Of a DNA stretch of 64,000 bases, positions 24,096-36,180 are shown piece after piece. Positions within the stretch are counted from its first letter, which is position 1; every line of letters starts with the position of its first letter. Source of the stretch: Mobula hypostoma (Eukaryota); the NCBI RefSeq assembly GCF_963921235.1, contig NC_086097.1, positions 120,096,001 through 120,160,000 on the forward strand. The letters are read 5' to 3'. The position numbers and the translations under genes are program-made. The notes under the pieces were generated by a model. It did not search any database. It was not told the DNA's origin and worked only from the letters and a program-made list of their open reading frames with translations.

Positions 24096-27000
24096 TATAA
24101 ACTACATACTTTCCAAAAAATATATTTCAGAATTAGGTCTGAATTCTGAATTAGGTAATTCCTTGTCAGAAAATTAAACAAAGATTGAGTTATAATAGTG
24201 TTTATTTATATTTGTTTTTATTTAGATATACTACATGGTAACAGGCCCTTCCGGCCCAGTGAGCCCTCTCTGCCCAGTTAAACCCCTGTGACCAATTAAC
24301 CTACTCATCCATATGTTTTGGAACGAGGGAGCAAACTGGAGCATCCGGAGGAAACCTATGCGGTCATGGGTAAAACATACAAACTCCTTACGGTGTCACA
24401 TGACCGGCAACAATGAATATAGAAATGAGTCAGGTTTAAAAAAAACATTTATTAAACTCTGCTCAAAATTAGTAACAAGATAAACAAACGAAAACCTTAA
24501 CTAGAAGTAAACTGCTATACAGCCATTTAACAAACCTCCAAACTCAGTACTAGTTCTTAAAGTAGTAAATGCGAACACAGTCTTAAAGTGGTAAATTTTA
24601 AAGTCCATGATAGTTACACAGTCAATTAGGAGAGACTTTCCTGAACTAAAGAATTTCTCAAAGATATGACGTTACTGCTGATCCCAGGAGGAACCTGCCT
24701 TGTCCGCAGGGTTCACAACGACAGAAATAAAATAGTTTAAAGGCACCGATCTTTTTCCTCTGTAGATGAGGTACTGCACAACTTTTTCTGCTACTTTTAG
24801 CAGAGGTTACCTCATGCAGATCACTCGTACTTGAACGAATTCAATAATGGTCGATCCACTTCAAAACTGCCGAACGACTCCTTCAGGTTCCTGTCTTCAC
24901 TCTCCAATATTACTGAAAAGGTACATCAACAAATCTGGCAGCTATTGGTGAAACTGCTGGCCCAACACTTCTGTACCTTACAATAGATAGTAAAACTCCG
25001 TTTTAAAACTATACTGCGTCATGAGATTAATACGCAACGTAGTGGAGTATCTGACTGACGATTTGAATTGAAGACTAACTGCATCACCAGTGGTCTACAC
25101 TTATATACCCGGTGAGAACAGGTCATCATGTGACCTCACATCAGCGGGAAAATTACATCATGAGACCTCTGCAAGACCATTACATCATCCTCATAAGACA
25201 ATCACAAGATATCCATTAGTAACACCTCCCTCCAAAAAAAAATGGTCTTTTTAGGAGCGAAATTTTAACAATTAACTATCTACAAAAAAAAACAAATGTA
25301 TAAAATTTACAACATACACAGTATACACAGTATCATCATATAGCATTTTGCAAGCTAATATACAGTAGGAGTGTTACAAAGATTAAAATATCACTCCATA
25401 AAAAATTACATTGCACATTTAACATCTAGATAGACAATCAGCGATCACATTATCTTTACCTTTAACATGAGTTATCAAAATATTATACTCCTGTAACATC
25501 AAACTCCAATTTAGCAATCTTCTATTTTTGTTTTTCATCTTACACAAAAACATTAACAGATTATGATTGGTGTAAACGATGAGTGGTTTCTGAGTACACT
25601 TCAAACATACACTTCAAAATGTTGTAAAGCCAAAACAAGAGATAATAATTCCTTTTCTATAGTTGAATAATTTCTTTGATGCGTATTAAATTTCTTAGAA
25701 AAATAAGCTACCGGATGATCAACTTCATCACCCTCATCCCTTTGAAGTAACAGTGCTCCTGTAGCTTCATCACTAGCATCTACAGCTACTGAAAATGTTT
25801 TTTCAAAGTCAGGGGATTTGAGCACAGGCTGACTGCATATTATAGTTTTCAGTTTATCAAAGGCCTCTTGACAAGGCTCTGTCCAAACAAACTTTCTATT
25901 TTTCTTCAAGAGGTGAGTTAATGGAAGAACAATGTTCACAAAATTCTCACAAAATTTTCTGTTATATCCTACCATACCCAAGAATCTTCTGAGAGTTTTC
26001 TTACCAGTTGGAGTGGGTACTTCTAAAATTGCCTGAGTTTTTACCTGAACAGGAGCTAATTTTCCTTGACCCACAACATAACCAAAGTAGGTTACCATGG
26101 CATGACCAAATTCACTTTTAGCTAAGTTAATAGTTAAGTTAGCTTTTCAAAATCTCTCAAATAGTTTCTCCACCACAGTAATATGTGATTTTCAAGTATT
26201 ATTTCCTGTAACTAAGTCATTAATTTAGGTATCTGTATCTTTTAACCCATGAATCACATTATTAATCATCCTCTGGAAAGTACCTGGTGCAGTCATCATC
26301 CCAAATAGAAGAACACATTATATTCATATAACCCAGATGGGATTACAAATGCAGAAATTTCTCTACCTCTATCCATCAATGGAACACACCAATACTCTTT
26401 TAACAAATCAATCTTTGTAAAGAACTTTGCTTGTCTAACTTTATCCATCTACCCTAGGAATTGGATATGCATTAGTTTTTGTCACAGCATTCACCTTCCT
26501 GTAATCTGTACAAAACCTAATATTATTGTCTGTCTTACGCACCATAACACACGGTGAACTCCAATTAAATTAGAATGTCTAATAATATCATTCTCTAACA
26601 TATACTTAATTTCTTTTTCAGCAAGTTCACATTTTTCCCTGCTCATCCGAAACGGATGTTTTTTTTATGGATTTTCATCTCCAACATCTACATCATGTGT
26701 AGCTACGGTGGTTCTTCTAGGAGCATCTGGAAATAATTCCATATATTTAAAAATTAACTGTTTCATCTGCTCTCTCTCTCCGCTCTGGCTGTAAAAAAGC
26801 TAATTTCTCATCAATATTTTCCAGAATTGTTGAATTTGGTAACCTGGCTGAAATATTGTTGGGTTTAAAATGAGTTTCAGATGAATCATCCATTAAGTTT
26901 TTAGAAAGATCAGGCTCATTATTGACCACAACAGTCATAGCAGCGGCCTTTGTCTCATAATACAGTTTTATCATATTTATATGACACAGCTATGTTGGCT

Positions 27001-27417
27001 TTCTTCGATCTGGAGTTATTATCACATAATCCACATCATTTACTTTAGATTTAATCTCATAAGGACCATGCAATTTAGCTTGTAATGGGTTCATTTGCAC
27101 TGGGAAAAGAACCAACACCTTACCTCCAGGCTCAAATGACCTCATTCTAGCTTCCTTATCATACCAAGTTTTCATCTTCTCCTGAGCCAATTTTAAATTT
27201 TCCTTGGCCAAGCTATAAGCTTTATGTAATCCTTCCTTGAATTTCAAAACATAATCCAGCAAATTAATGTGTACCTCTTTATTAATCCATTGTTCTTTCA
27301 ACAAGGCCAAAGGTACTCGAACTCTATGCCCAAACACAAGTTCAAAAGGACTAAAACCTAATGATTCCCGTACTGCCTCTCGTACTGCAAAAAGTTGTAA
27401 ATGTACACCTTCGTCCC

Positions 27418-28890
27418 TGTCATGGTCCAGTTTGTGAAGTCCGAATTCCAGTTCACGGTCTGGTCCGTGGACTCAGGACTCCAGGTCTTCCAGCTGTCCC
27501 TTGTTTGAGTTAATCATAGGCACCTGATTCCCATCTTTGGGCTTGCAATATAAGTAGCCTTGGGATTGAGTGTGGGCTGCTGGTTTGTCTTATCAGTCCC
27601 CTTGGAGCAACCTGCTGATGGAAGGCTAGTGAAACCACTTGTGATCTCTAGGCCTGGTTGAAGGACAACTTCTTCATGGAGCCTTGTTGCCACTAGTTGG
27701 AGTAGTCTTTGCAGTATGGATTCGGTTGTTTCCCAGGCCAGCTGAGTGGCTGCCAGCCACTCTGAGCTAGGTAGGGATCTGGCTGTTTCTGTAGCCAGCT
27801 GAGGTTGCTGGCCGAACTGAGACATGGAGCTACCCTGGAGCTGAGATGGAACTGTCTGTTGTTCTTTGGTGTTTGTCTCTTCTTGTCCTCGCCTCTGTGG
27901 GGTCAGCCAGGCTGTTTTGCCGTTGCCCTGCAGGTGGTCCTGTCTCGTCTTGTCCTCGCCTCTGTGAGGTAAGTCAGGCTGTTTTGCTGTTGCCCTGCAA
28001 GGGGATCTGTCTTGTCTTGTCCTTGCCTCTATTGGGTAAATCTGGCTGTTCTGCTGTCACCTGATGGACAGACCTGTCCCACCTTGGTGTGGAGATGAAG
28101 TTGAGTCCCAGCTTGTCTTAGGATAAGTCCTGGCTCTATGTCTATGTTCTGTCTTGTCTCATGTTAGTGTTGTGTTAAAGATGAGTCCCAGCTTGTCAAA
28201 GTGTAAGTCTCGGCTCTATATTAATGTACAGTTCCCAGTCTGTCTCCGAGTCCAGCCTCCGAGTTATCAGCCTCCGCAAGCTCAGGCTCCAAGAACCCAA
28301 TCCTCGAGGATCCTACAGCCAAGCTCCAAGAACCCAAGCCTCGAAGATCCCGCAGCCAAGCTCTAAGAACCCAAGCCTCAAGGATCCCGCAGCCAAGCTC
28401 CAAGAACCCAAGCCTCGAGGATCCCGCAGCCAAGCTCCAAGAACCCAAGCCTCGAGGATCCCGCAGCCAAGCTCCAAGAACCCAAGCCTCAGGGATCCTG
28501 CAGTCCGAGCCATTCCTCAAGACCCAAGACCCCAGCCTCAAGCCAAGCCTCAAGACCCAAGACCCCAGCCTCAAACTAAGCCTCAAGCCAAGCCTCAAGA
28601 CCCAAGACCTCAGCTTCAAGCCATGTCATGTCCTTGCCTGGTTCTGGGGTCCGAGCCCGAGGCAAGACCCAGGTTCTGGGTCCTTGTCCAGTCTCAGGCT
28701 TGGAGTCGAAGCCTTGCCCGCTAGTCCATGGTTCTAGTCCTGGTCCTGCTTTCCTTAGCCCAAGTCTGCATTCTTGTCCCTGCTCCTGGTCTGAATCCTG
28801 TCACGTCCCTACTCTAGTCAAGTCCTGTTCCTTGTACTTCAGTGTCTGTGTCTTGCATTTGCGTCTGTTCCCAGCACCCCCACTGCGACA
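27418..28890. mobile_element. 1473-bp solo LTR or non-coding LTR element inserted in the integrase of element 1
   Basis: TGTCA...GCGACA termini; 5-bp TSD GTCCC/ATCCC (uninterrupted paralogues read TCATCCCA at ~44600 and ~61515). Confidence 0.85.
28286..28621. repeat. Minisatellites within the LTR: six 37-bp units then a CAAGACCCAAGACCCCAGCCT-type array
   Basis: AAGAACCCAA recurs at 28291, 28328, 28365, 28402, 28439, 28476. Confidence 0.95.
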
Positions 28891-31800
28891 ATCCCAGTCC
28901 TTTTCATTTTCTGTACAATACGTCCTAATCATATTTTTGATGGTAGGATGGAATCTCTCTAAGGCTCCATGTGATTCTGGATGATATGCAGATGACGTAA
29001 TCTGTTTTGCTCCCAGTTTATAAACTATCTGCTGAAACAATCCAGACATAAAATTACTACCATGATCCGATTGTATTTCCTTAGCCAACCCAAAATAAGT
29101 AAAGTATTTTATAAGAGCCTTTGTCACAGTTTTTGGCTGTTATATTCCTAAGAGGTATTGCTTCTGGAAACGTAGAAGCTGTGCACCTAATGGTCAGCAA
29201 ATATTGATATCCAGTTTTAGTTTTTGGCAATGGGCCTACACAAATCTATAATAATTTTGGAAAACGGTTCACCAAATGCTGGAATCGGTCGCAGTGGGGC
29301 CACTGGAGTAACTTGATTAGGTTTACCCACAATTTGACACGTATGACACGTCCTGCAAAAAGTCACCACATCCTTTCTGAAACTAGGCCAGTAAAAATGT
29401 TTAAAAACCTTGTTCATAGTTTTCTTTTCACCTAGATGACCACCCAAAGGCATACTATGAGCCATAGTTAAAATTTCACATGGATAAACTTTAGGAACTA
29501 CTAACTGGTGATTATCTTCCCATTCCTCACTTGCAGGAATTGTAAGTGATCTCCACTTTCTCATTAATACTCCCTTTTCAAAATAATATCCTTCTGAATT
29601 TCACTATCTGGAAGAGCTTGTTCATTTAATTTAACTACCTCAGGATCTCTACCCTGTTCTGCTATCATCTCCTTCCGAGACAAAGATAAATCTTCATGGT
29701 CAGACTTACTACCAAAATCGTGATCAAATAATGAAGGTAAGAAAGTTTCCGACACATCCTCAAAATTCGCATGCTGAGTTGAACAGTCAATGGTAACAAC
29801 CACGTCCTTCACATCAGTCTTTTTAGCCATAGCTCTTGTTACAACACAGGAAGAACCTGTGTTAGAATCCCTTTGTGGTTGCTCAGAATTTGAATTTATT
29901 GTCAAATGCACTTCAGGAAAAACTAGTCCACCTGCTAAGTCATTCCCTAACAATAGAAAAACGGCATTCACGGTTAAACTGGGTTGTAGTCCTACTTTAA
30001 CAAGCCCTGTATCTAACCCTGACCTTAAATTTACTCTATGCAAATGTACTGGCATAAGGGCACTCCCAACTCCTCTTATATAGTTTACCTCATCAATGTC
30101 AGACTCATCACTAAACTTTAGAATACCGTCTAACATTAGTGATTGAGAAGCTCCAGTATCTCTGAGTATTTTTATTAATACTGGATTGGATCCCTCTTTC
30201 AAGGACACAAATCCTTCGGTTATAAAATGTTCATAACCCCTCTTAACTTGGTCGGACTCTAACAAAGCCTCATTTGCATTTATTGAACTCTGTGGATTTA
30301 CAGGTGTTTCAATATGCTGCGCACAAGCATCTGGGATGGCTTCCTTCTCTTTCTTTTATCAATCAAAAACAGTTAGCTATTACATGTCCAGGTTTCTTAC
30401 AATAATTACAAATAGGACCAAATTGTCTTTCCTTCACGTCTCCCTTCATCTGTACCTTTCTCACTAACTTCAGATTTAATTTCTGGTTTACCTTGACTCT
30501 CTGTGCTAATTTTCCTTTGAAAAGTTCTACCTGGAGAAAATTCATTCTTATGAATTAAAGCATACTCATCAGCTAATTTAGCAGTCTCCTGCAATGTAGC
30601 AATATTCCTTTCATTTAAGTATGTCCTCACTTCAACAGGGATGCTCCTTTTAAATTCCTCCAGTAAAATCAACTCTTTTAATTTATTATACTCCCCATTC
30701 ACATTTTTTAGAGGAAACCCACCTCTCAAAACACACAGATGTCTAGTAGGCAAATTCCACGTAAGTTTTTTCCACAGATTTCTTCAAATTTCTGAATCTT
30801 TCTCTATAAGGTTCTGGAACCAACTCATACGCTTTCAATATATGCTGTTTCATAATATCATAATCCAGTGCTTGCTCAGCATTTAAAGCTGTATAAACTT
30901 GTTGTGCCTTGCCTCTAATTACACTTTGCAACATCACTGGCCATCGCTCTTTCGGCCACTCTAAACTCAGAGCAACAATTTTGAAATGTTGGAAATATTT
31001 GTCCATTCCCACTTCTGCTTCATTAAATGGAGGAGCCAAAATAATCTCTGGACTAGCAACAAACTGTTTCCTGGAACCAGAAGACTGATTTTCCATCCTT
31101 AACTTCTCCATCTCTAGCTCAAATTCCCTCTTTTGATTTGCCTCTCGTTCAGACATTTCCACTTTAAATCATTCAAACTTTATCTGTTCAAGATGGAATT
31201 GCATTTCCAGTGTACTCATTGGAAACCTCCATAACACCTCATCATCAAACTTCCCCAAACTTATATAATACTCCGCGATTTTTCTCTGAATTACGGGCTT
31301 TGTTGTAACCTTCGTAACTCCCCTTCATAATACCTTTAAGATTCAACCTCCTAGCAATCTCTGATACAACAGTTTTCCTTGCCTTTGCTAGAAACTTTGT
31401 GTCAGGCGAATCCACGAAGTCGTCAATATTCATTGCTGCCGAATACCACGCACACACCAATCAAACAAAAGAATTGGGTATTTCTCTTTTCCAAATCCGG
31501 TTGATAAATAAACAAGCATTTAAGCTCAAAATCTGAACAATCCTAAGAGCCCCCAAATTATGTCACGTGACCAGCAACAATGAATATAGAAATGAGTCAG
31601 GTTTTATAAACAAATAAACATTTATTGAACTCTGCTCAAAATTAGTAACAAGATAAACAAACAAAAACCTTAACTGGAAGTAAACTGCGATGCAGCCATT
31701 TAACAAACCACCAAACTCAGTATTAGTTCTTAAAGCGGTGAATGTGAACACAGTCTTAAAGTGGTAAATTTTAAAAGCCAAGATATTTATGCAGTCAATT

Positions 31801-32779
31801 AGGTGAGACTTTTCTGAAGTAAAGAATTTCTCGAAGACATGACGTTACTGCCAATCCCAGTCAGAATCTGCCTTGTCCGCAGGATTCACTAGGACGGAAA
31901 TAAAACTGTTTAAAGGCACTGACCTTTTTCCTCTGTAGACTAGATACTGCACAACCTTTTCTGCTACTTTTAGCAGAGGTTATCTCATGCAGATCACTCT
32001 TACTTGAACAAATTTAATAATGGTCGATCCACTCCAAAACCCCCGAACGACTCCTTCAGGTTCCTGTCTTCACTCTCCAATACTACTGAAAAGGTGCATC
32101 AACAATTCTTGCAGCTATTGGTGAAACTGCCGGCCCAACCCTTCTATACCTTACAATAGATAACAAAACTCCGTTTTAAAACTATACCGTGTCATGAGAT
32201 TAATACACAGAGTATAGCAGAGTATCTGACTGACGATTTAAACTGAAGACTAACTGCATCACAAGGGGTCTACACTTATATACCTGGTGAGAACAGGTCA
32301 ACATGTGACCTCACATCAGCTGGAAAATTACATCATGTGACCTCCGCAAGACCATTACATCATCCTCATAAGACAGTCACAAAATATCCATGAGGTATGT
32401 AACAACGGACAGTGACAAGAATTGAACCTGGCTCGCTGGCGTTGTGATAGTATTGGACTAACTGCTGTACCAGTTTATTAATGCCAGTTTACCAGTTTAT
32501 TAATGCCACATGTATTATTATTAATGGGGAACTTCAAAGAAGCCTTATTAGCAACAGAATAGATAGCAATACTCATATTTAAATAGTGAATAAGTTACTT
32601 CTGACTTTATTCCAAAAAATACATTTCTGCTGGAACCACTAAAAATGGGCAGCAGGGACCAGTTCTTGGAAGTACCGAGAAAGGATCCCTGTTCAACAGA
32701 TATATTAAATGTTTATGAAGAAGGGAAAGCCAAGCAGGAGAACAAAAGAAGTGAATATAAAAAAGGCATGGCTGAGAAT

Positions 32780-33906
32780 AACCAGAGCCAGTCGAGCTGA
32801 GGTAGAGAGGAAGTGGCTATTGTGTGAATGTGCCAGTGTTAGAGTGCTCAGGCTTTGGCGAGACCGGGCACAGGCTCTAAGTAAGTTTCTGGTAGGTTTG
32901 CTTTCACTTTCTTTGTTTATTAGCATATAGCTAGTACAGTGAGAATGGGTCCAGAGTTGAAGGGGGGTGGGGGGCGGGTAGAGAAGAGGAGTGCAGTAAT
33001 GACAGGGGATTCCATAGAGGAGCAGAAAGAAGATTCTGTGGACATGAAAGTTACTCCTGGATGTTCTGTTGCCTCCCAGTTGCCAGGGTCAGGAATGTCT
33101 CAAATCGGGTCTACAGCAGCCAGAAGTCATGATACCTATTAATATGAATGACATAGATTGACATAAACAGGCGAAGGGAGGAGGTCCTGAAGAGACAATA
33201 TAGGTAGCTAGGTAGAAATCTGAAAAGCAAGACCTTTAGAGTAGTAAGGTCCGGTTTGCTGCCTGTGCCAAGCACCAGTGAGGGCAAGAATATGATGATT
33301 TTGCACATGAATGCATGGCTGGGGAATTGGTGCAGGGAACAGGGTTTCAAGTTGATGGATCATTGAAATTCTTCTGGGAAAGGTATGACCTGCACAAAAA
33401 GGATGGATTACACCAAAATCTGAGTGGGATCAATATCCTTGCAGGTAGGTTTGCTGGAGTTGTTAGGGAATTTTTGAACTAATTTGGTAGGGGGATGGGA
33501 AACAGACTGATAGGGCTGAGGATGGGGCAGTTGGTGTACAAGTAAATACAGTGTGTAGTGAAAATGTGAGGAAGGACAGGCAGATGATAAAGCAAAATTG
33601 CAGTCAGTAGGATCAGTTGAAGTGTAACTTAGGGGCAAAATCAAAAAGGGTGATGAATACAGAACTAAAGATGTCACAATAAAATACACACAGCAGATGG
33701 AGAAAGGTAAATGATATTGTGCAATTAGAGATTGGCTGATAGGACATTGTGGAAGTCACCGAGTCATGGCTGAAAGAAGATCATAGTTGGGAGGATACAA
33801 ATTGTACAAAAGAATAAGCAGATAGGCAGAGGGAGAGTGGTGGCTCTGTCAGAAAAACATGAAATCAAATGTTTAGGGAGAGGTGACATAGAATCGAAAG
33901 ATGTAG
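32780..33906 (+). mobile_element. 5' part of an old CR1 LINE: SGNH-esterase-type ORF1 and start of endonuclease
   Basis: AVMTGDSI motif (~32990), MNAWLGNWCREQGF, KKDGLH, then TESWLKED and GGS endonuclease motifs. Confidence 0.8.
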
Positions 33907-36180
33907 AATAGACAATAGGTGCAGGAGTAGGCCATTCGGCCCTTTGAGCCAGCACCTCCATTCACTGTGATCATGGCTGATCATCCACAATCAGTATCCA
34001 GTTCCTGCCTTATCCCCATAACCTTTGATTCCGCTATCTTTAAGAGCTCTATCCAACTCTTTCTTGAAAGCATCCAGAGACTTGGCCTCCACAGCCTTCT
34101 GGGGCAGAGCATTCCATACATCCACTACTCTCTGGGTAAAAAAGTTTTTCCTCCACTCCGTTCTAAATGACCTACCCCTTATTCTTAAACTGTGGCCTCT
34201 GGTTCTGGACTCACCCATCAGCGGGAACATGCTTCCTGCCTCCAGCGTGTCCAATCCCTTAATAATCTTATATGTTTCAATAAGATCCCCTCTCAGCCTT
34301 CTAAATTCCAGAGTATACAAGCCCAGTCGCTCCAATCTTTCAACATATGACAGTCCCGCCATCCCGGGAATTAACCTTGTGAACCTACGCTGCACTCCCG
34401 CAATAGCAAGAATGTCCTTCCTCAAATTTGGAGACCAAAACTGCACACAGTACTCCAGGTGTGGTCTCACCAGGGCCCTGTACAGCTGCAGAAGGACCTC
34501 TTTGCTCTTATACTCAAATCCCCTTGTTATGAAGGCCAGCATGCCATTAGCTTTCTTCACTGCCTGCTGTACTTGCATGCTTGCTTTCAGTGACCGATGT
34601 ACAAGAACACCTAGATCTCGTTGTGCTTCCCCTTTTCCTAACTTGACTCCATTTAGATAATAATCTGCCTTCCCGTTCTTACCACCAAAGTGGATAACCT
34701 CACATTTATCCACATTAAACTGTATCTGCCATGCATCTGCCCACTCACCCAGCCTATCCAAATCACCCTGCATTCTCATAACATCCTCCTCACATTTCAC
34801 ACTGCCACCCAGCTTTGTGTCATCGACAAATTTGCTAACGTTACTTTTAATTCCCTCATCTAAATCATTAATATATATTGTAAACAGCTGTGGTCCCAGC
34901 ACTGAACCCTGCGGTTCCCCACTTGTCACCTGCTGCCATTCCGAAAGGGACCCATTAATCGCTACTCTTTGTTTTCTGTCAGCCAGCCAATTTCCAATCC
35001 ATGTCAGTACACTGCCCCCAATACCATATGCCCTAATTTTGCCCACTAATCTCCTATGTGGGGCTTTATCAAAGGCTTTCTGAAAGTCCAGGTACAGTAC
35101 ATCCACTGGCTCTCCCTTGTCCATTTTCATAGTTACATCCTCAAAAAGTTCCAGAACGTTAGTCAAGCACAATTTCCCCTTCATAAATCCGTGCTGACTT
35201 GGACCAATCCTGTTACTGCTATCCAGATGTATCGTAATTTCATCTTTTATAATTGACTCCAGCATCTTTCCCACCACCGACGTCAGGCTAACCGGTCTAT
35301 AATACCCTGTTTTCTTTCTTCCTCCCTTCTTGAAGAGAGGGACAGCATCAGCCACCCTCCAATCCACAGGAACTGATCCTGAATCAATAGAACATTGGAA
35401 AATGATTACCAATGCGTCCACGATTTCTAAAGCCACCCCCTTAAGTACCCTGGGATGCAGACCATCAGGTCCCAGGGACTTATCAGCTTTCAGACCCAAC
35501 AGCCTATCCAACACCATTTCCTGGCCTAATATAAATTTCCTTCAATTCATCCATTATCCTCGGTCCTTTGGCCACTATTACATCTGGGAGATTGTTTGTG
35601 TCTTCCCTCGTGAAGACAGATCCAAAGTACCTGTTCAATTCCTCTGCCATTTCCTTGTTCCCCATAATAAATTCTCCCGTTTCTGTCTTCAAGGGCCCAA
35701 TTTTGGTCTCAACTATTTTTTTCCTTTTCACATACCGAAAGAAGCTTTTACTATCCTCCTTTATATTCTTGGCTAGTTTACCTGCATATCTCATTTTTTC
35801 TATGCGTATTGCCTTTTTAGTTACCTTCTGTTGCTCTTTAAAAGTTTCCCAATCCTCCGGCTTCCCACCCGTCTTTGCTATGTTATACTTCTTCTCTTTT
35901 ATTTTTTACTGTCCATTACTTCCCTTGTCAACCACGGCCTCCTCTTACTCCCCTTAGGATCTTTCTTCCTCTTTAGAATGAACTGATCCTGCACCTTCTG
36001 CATTATTCCCAGAAACACTTGCCATTGCTGTTCCACTGTCATCCCTGCTCGGGTATTGTTCCATTGAACTTTGGCCAGCTCCTCCCTCATAGCACCATAG
36101 TTCCCTTTATTCAACTGTAATACTGACACTTCTGAGTTTCCCTTCTCCCTCTCAAATTGTAGATTAAAACTTATCATATT
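33907..36180 (-). mobile_element. Young CR1 LINE, 5' end cut at the endonuclease C-terminus
   Basis: 508-aa ORF 33991-35517 with all RT motifs (FVDD in place of FADD), upstream ORFs 35504-35794 and 35899-36177; tail at 33907. Confidence 0.97.

Larger units (their letters stand above)
25419..31433 (-). pseudogene. gag-pol of element 1 (frameshifted)
   Basis: gag with CNYCKKPGHVIANC knuckle; protease LRDTGASQS; integrase H..GGH..C..C and IQSDHGSNF/YHPESHGALER; RT with the YIDD position destroyed; RNase H AVDASD/YSTIEKEL/NVIADCLSRC. Confidence 0.93.
24394..32404 (-). mobile_element. Full-length but decayed Gmr1-type Gypsy LTR retrotransposon (element 1)
   Basis: TG..CA LTRs 24394-25224 and 31561-32404; 4-bp TSD ACGG; degenerate tRNA-Pro PBS 31540-31555; PPT next to 25225; domain order gag-PR-IN-RT-RNaseH. 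Confidence 0.97.
24225..32470 (-). mobile_element. V-SINE split by the Gypsy element (pieces ~24225-24393 and ~32405-32470)
   Basis: ...ACATACAAACTCCTTACGG|ACAGTGACAAGAATTGAACC rejoins across the ACGG TSD. Confidence 0.75.

Noticed and set aside
28286..28504. CRISPR-like 37-bp repeats
   Set aside because: Units are contiguous with no unique spacers, no cas genes, eukaryotic LTR context
28221..28724. Repetitive ORFs of 132-166 aa
   Set aside because: By-product of the minisatellite; the 37-bp unit is not a multiple of three
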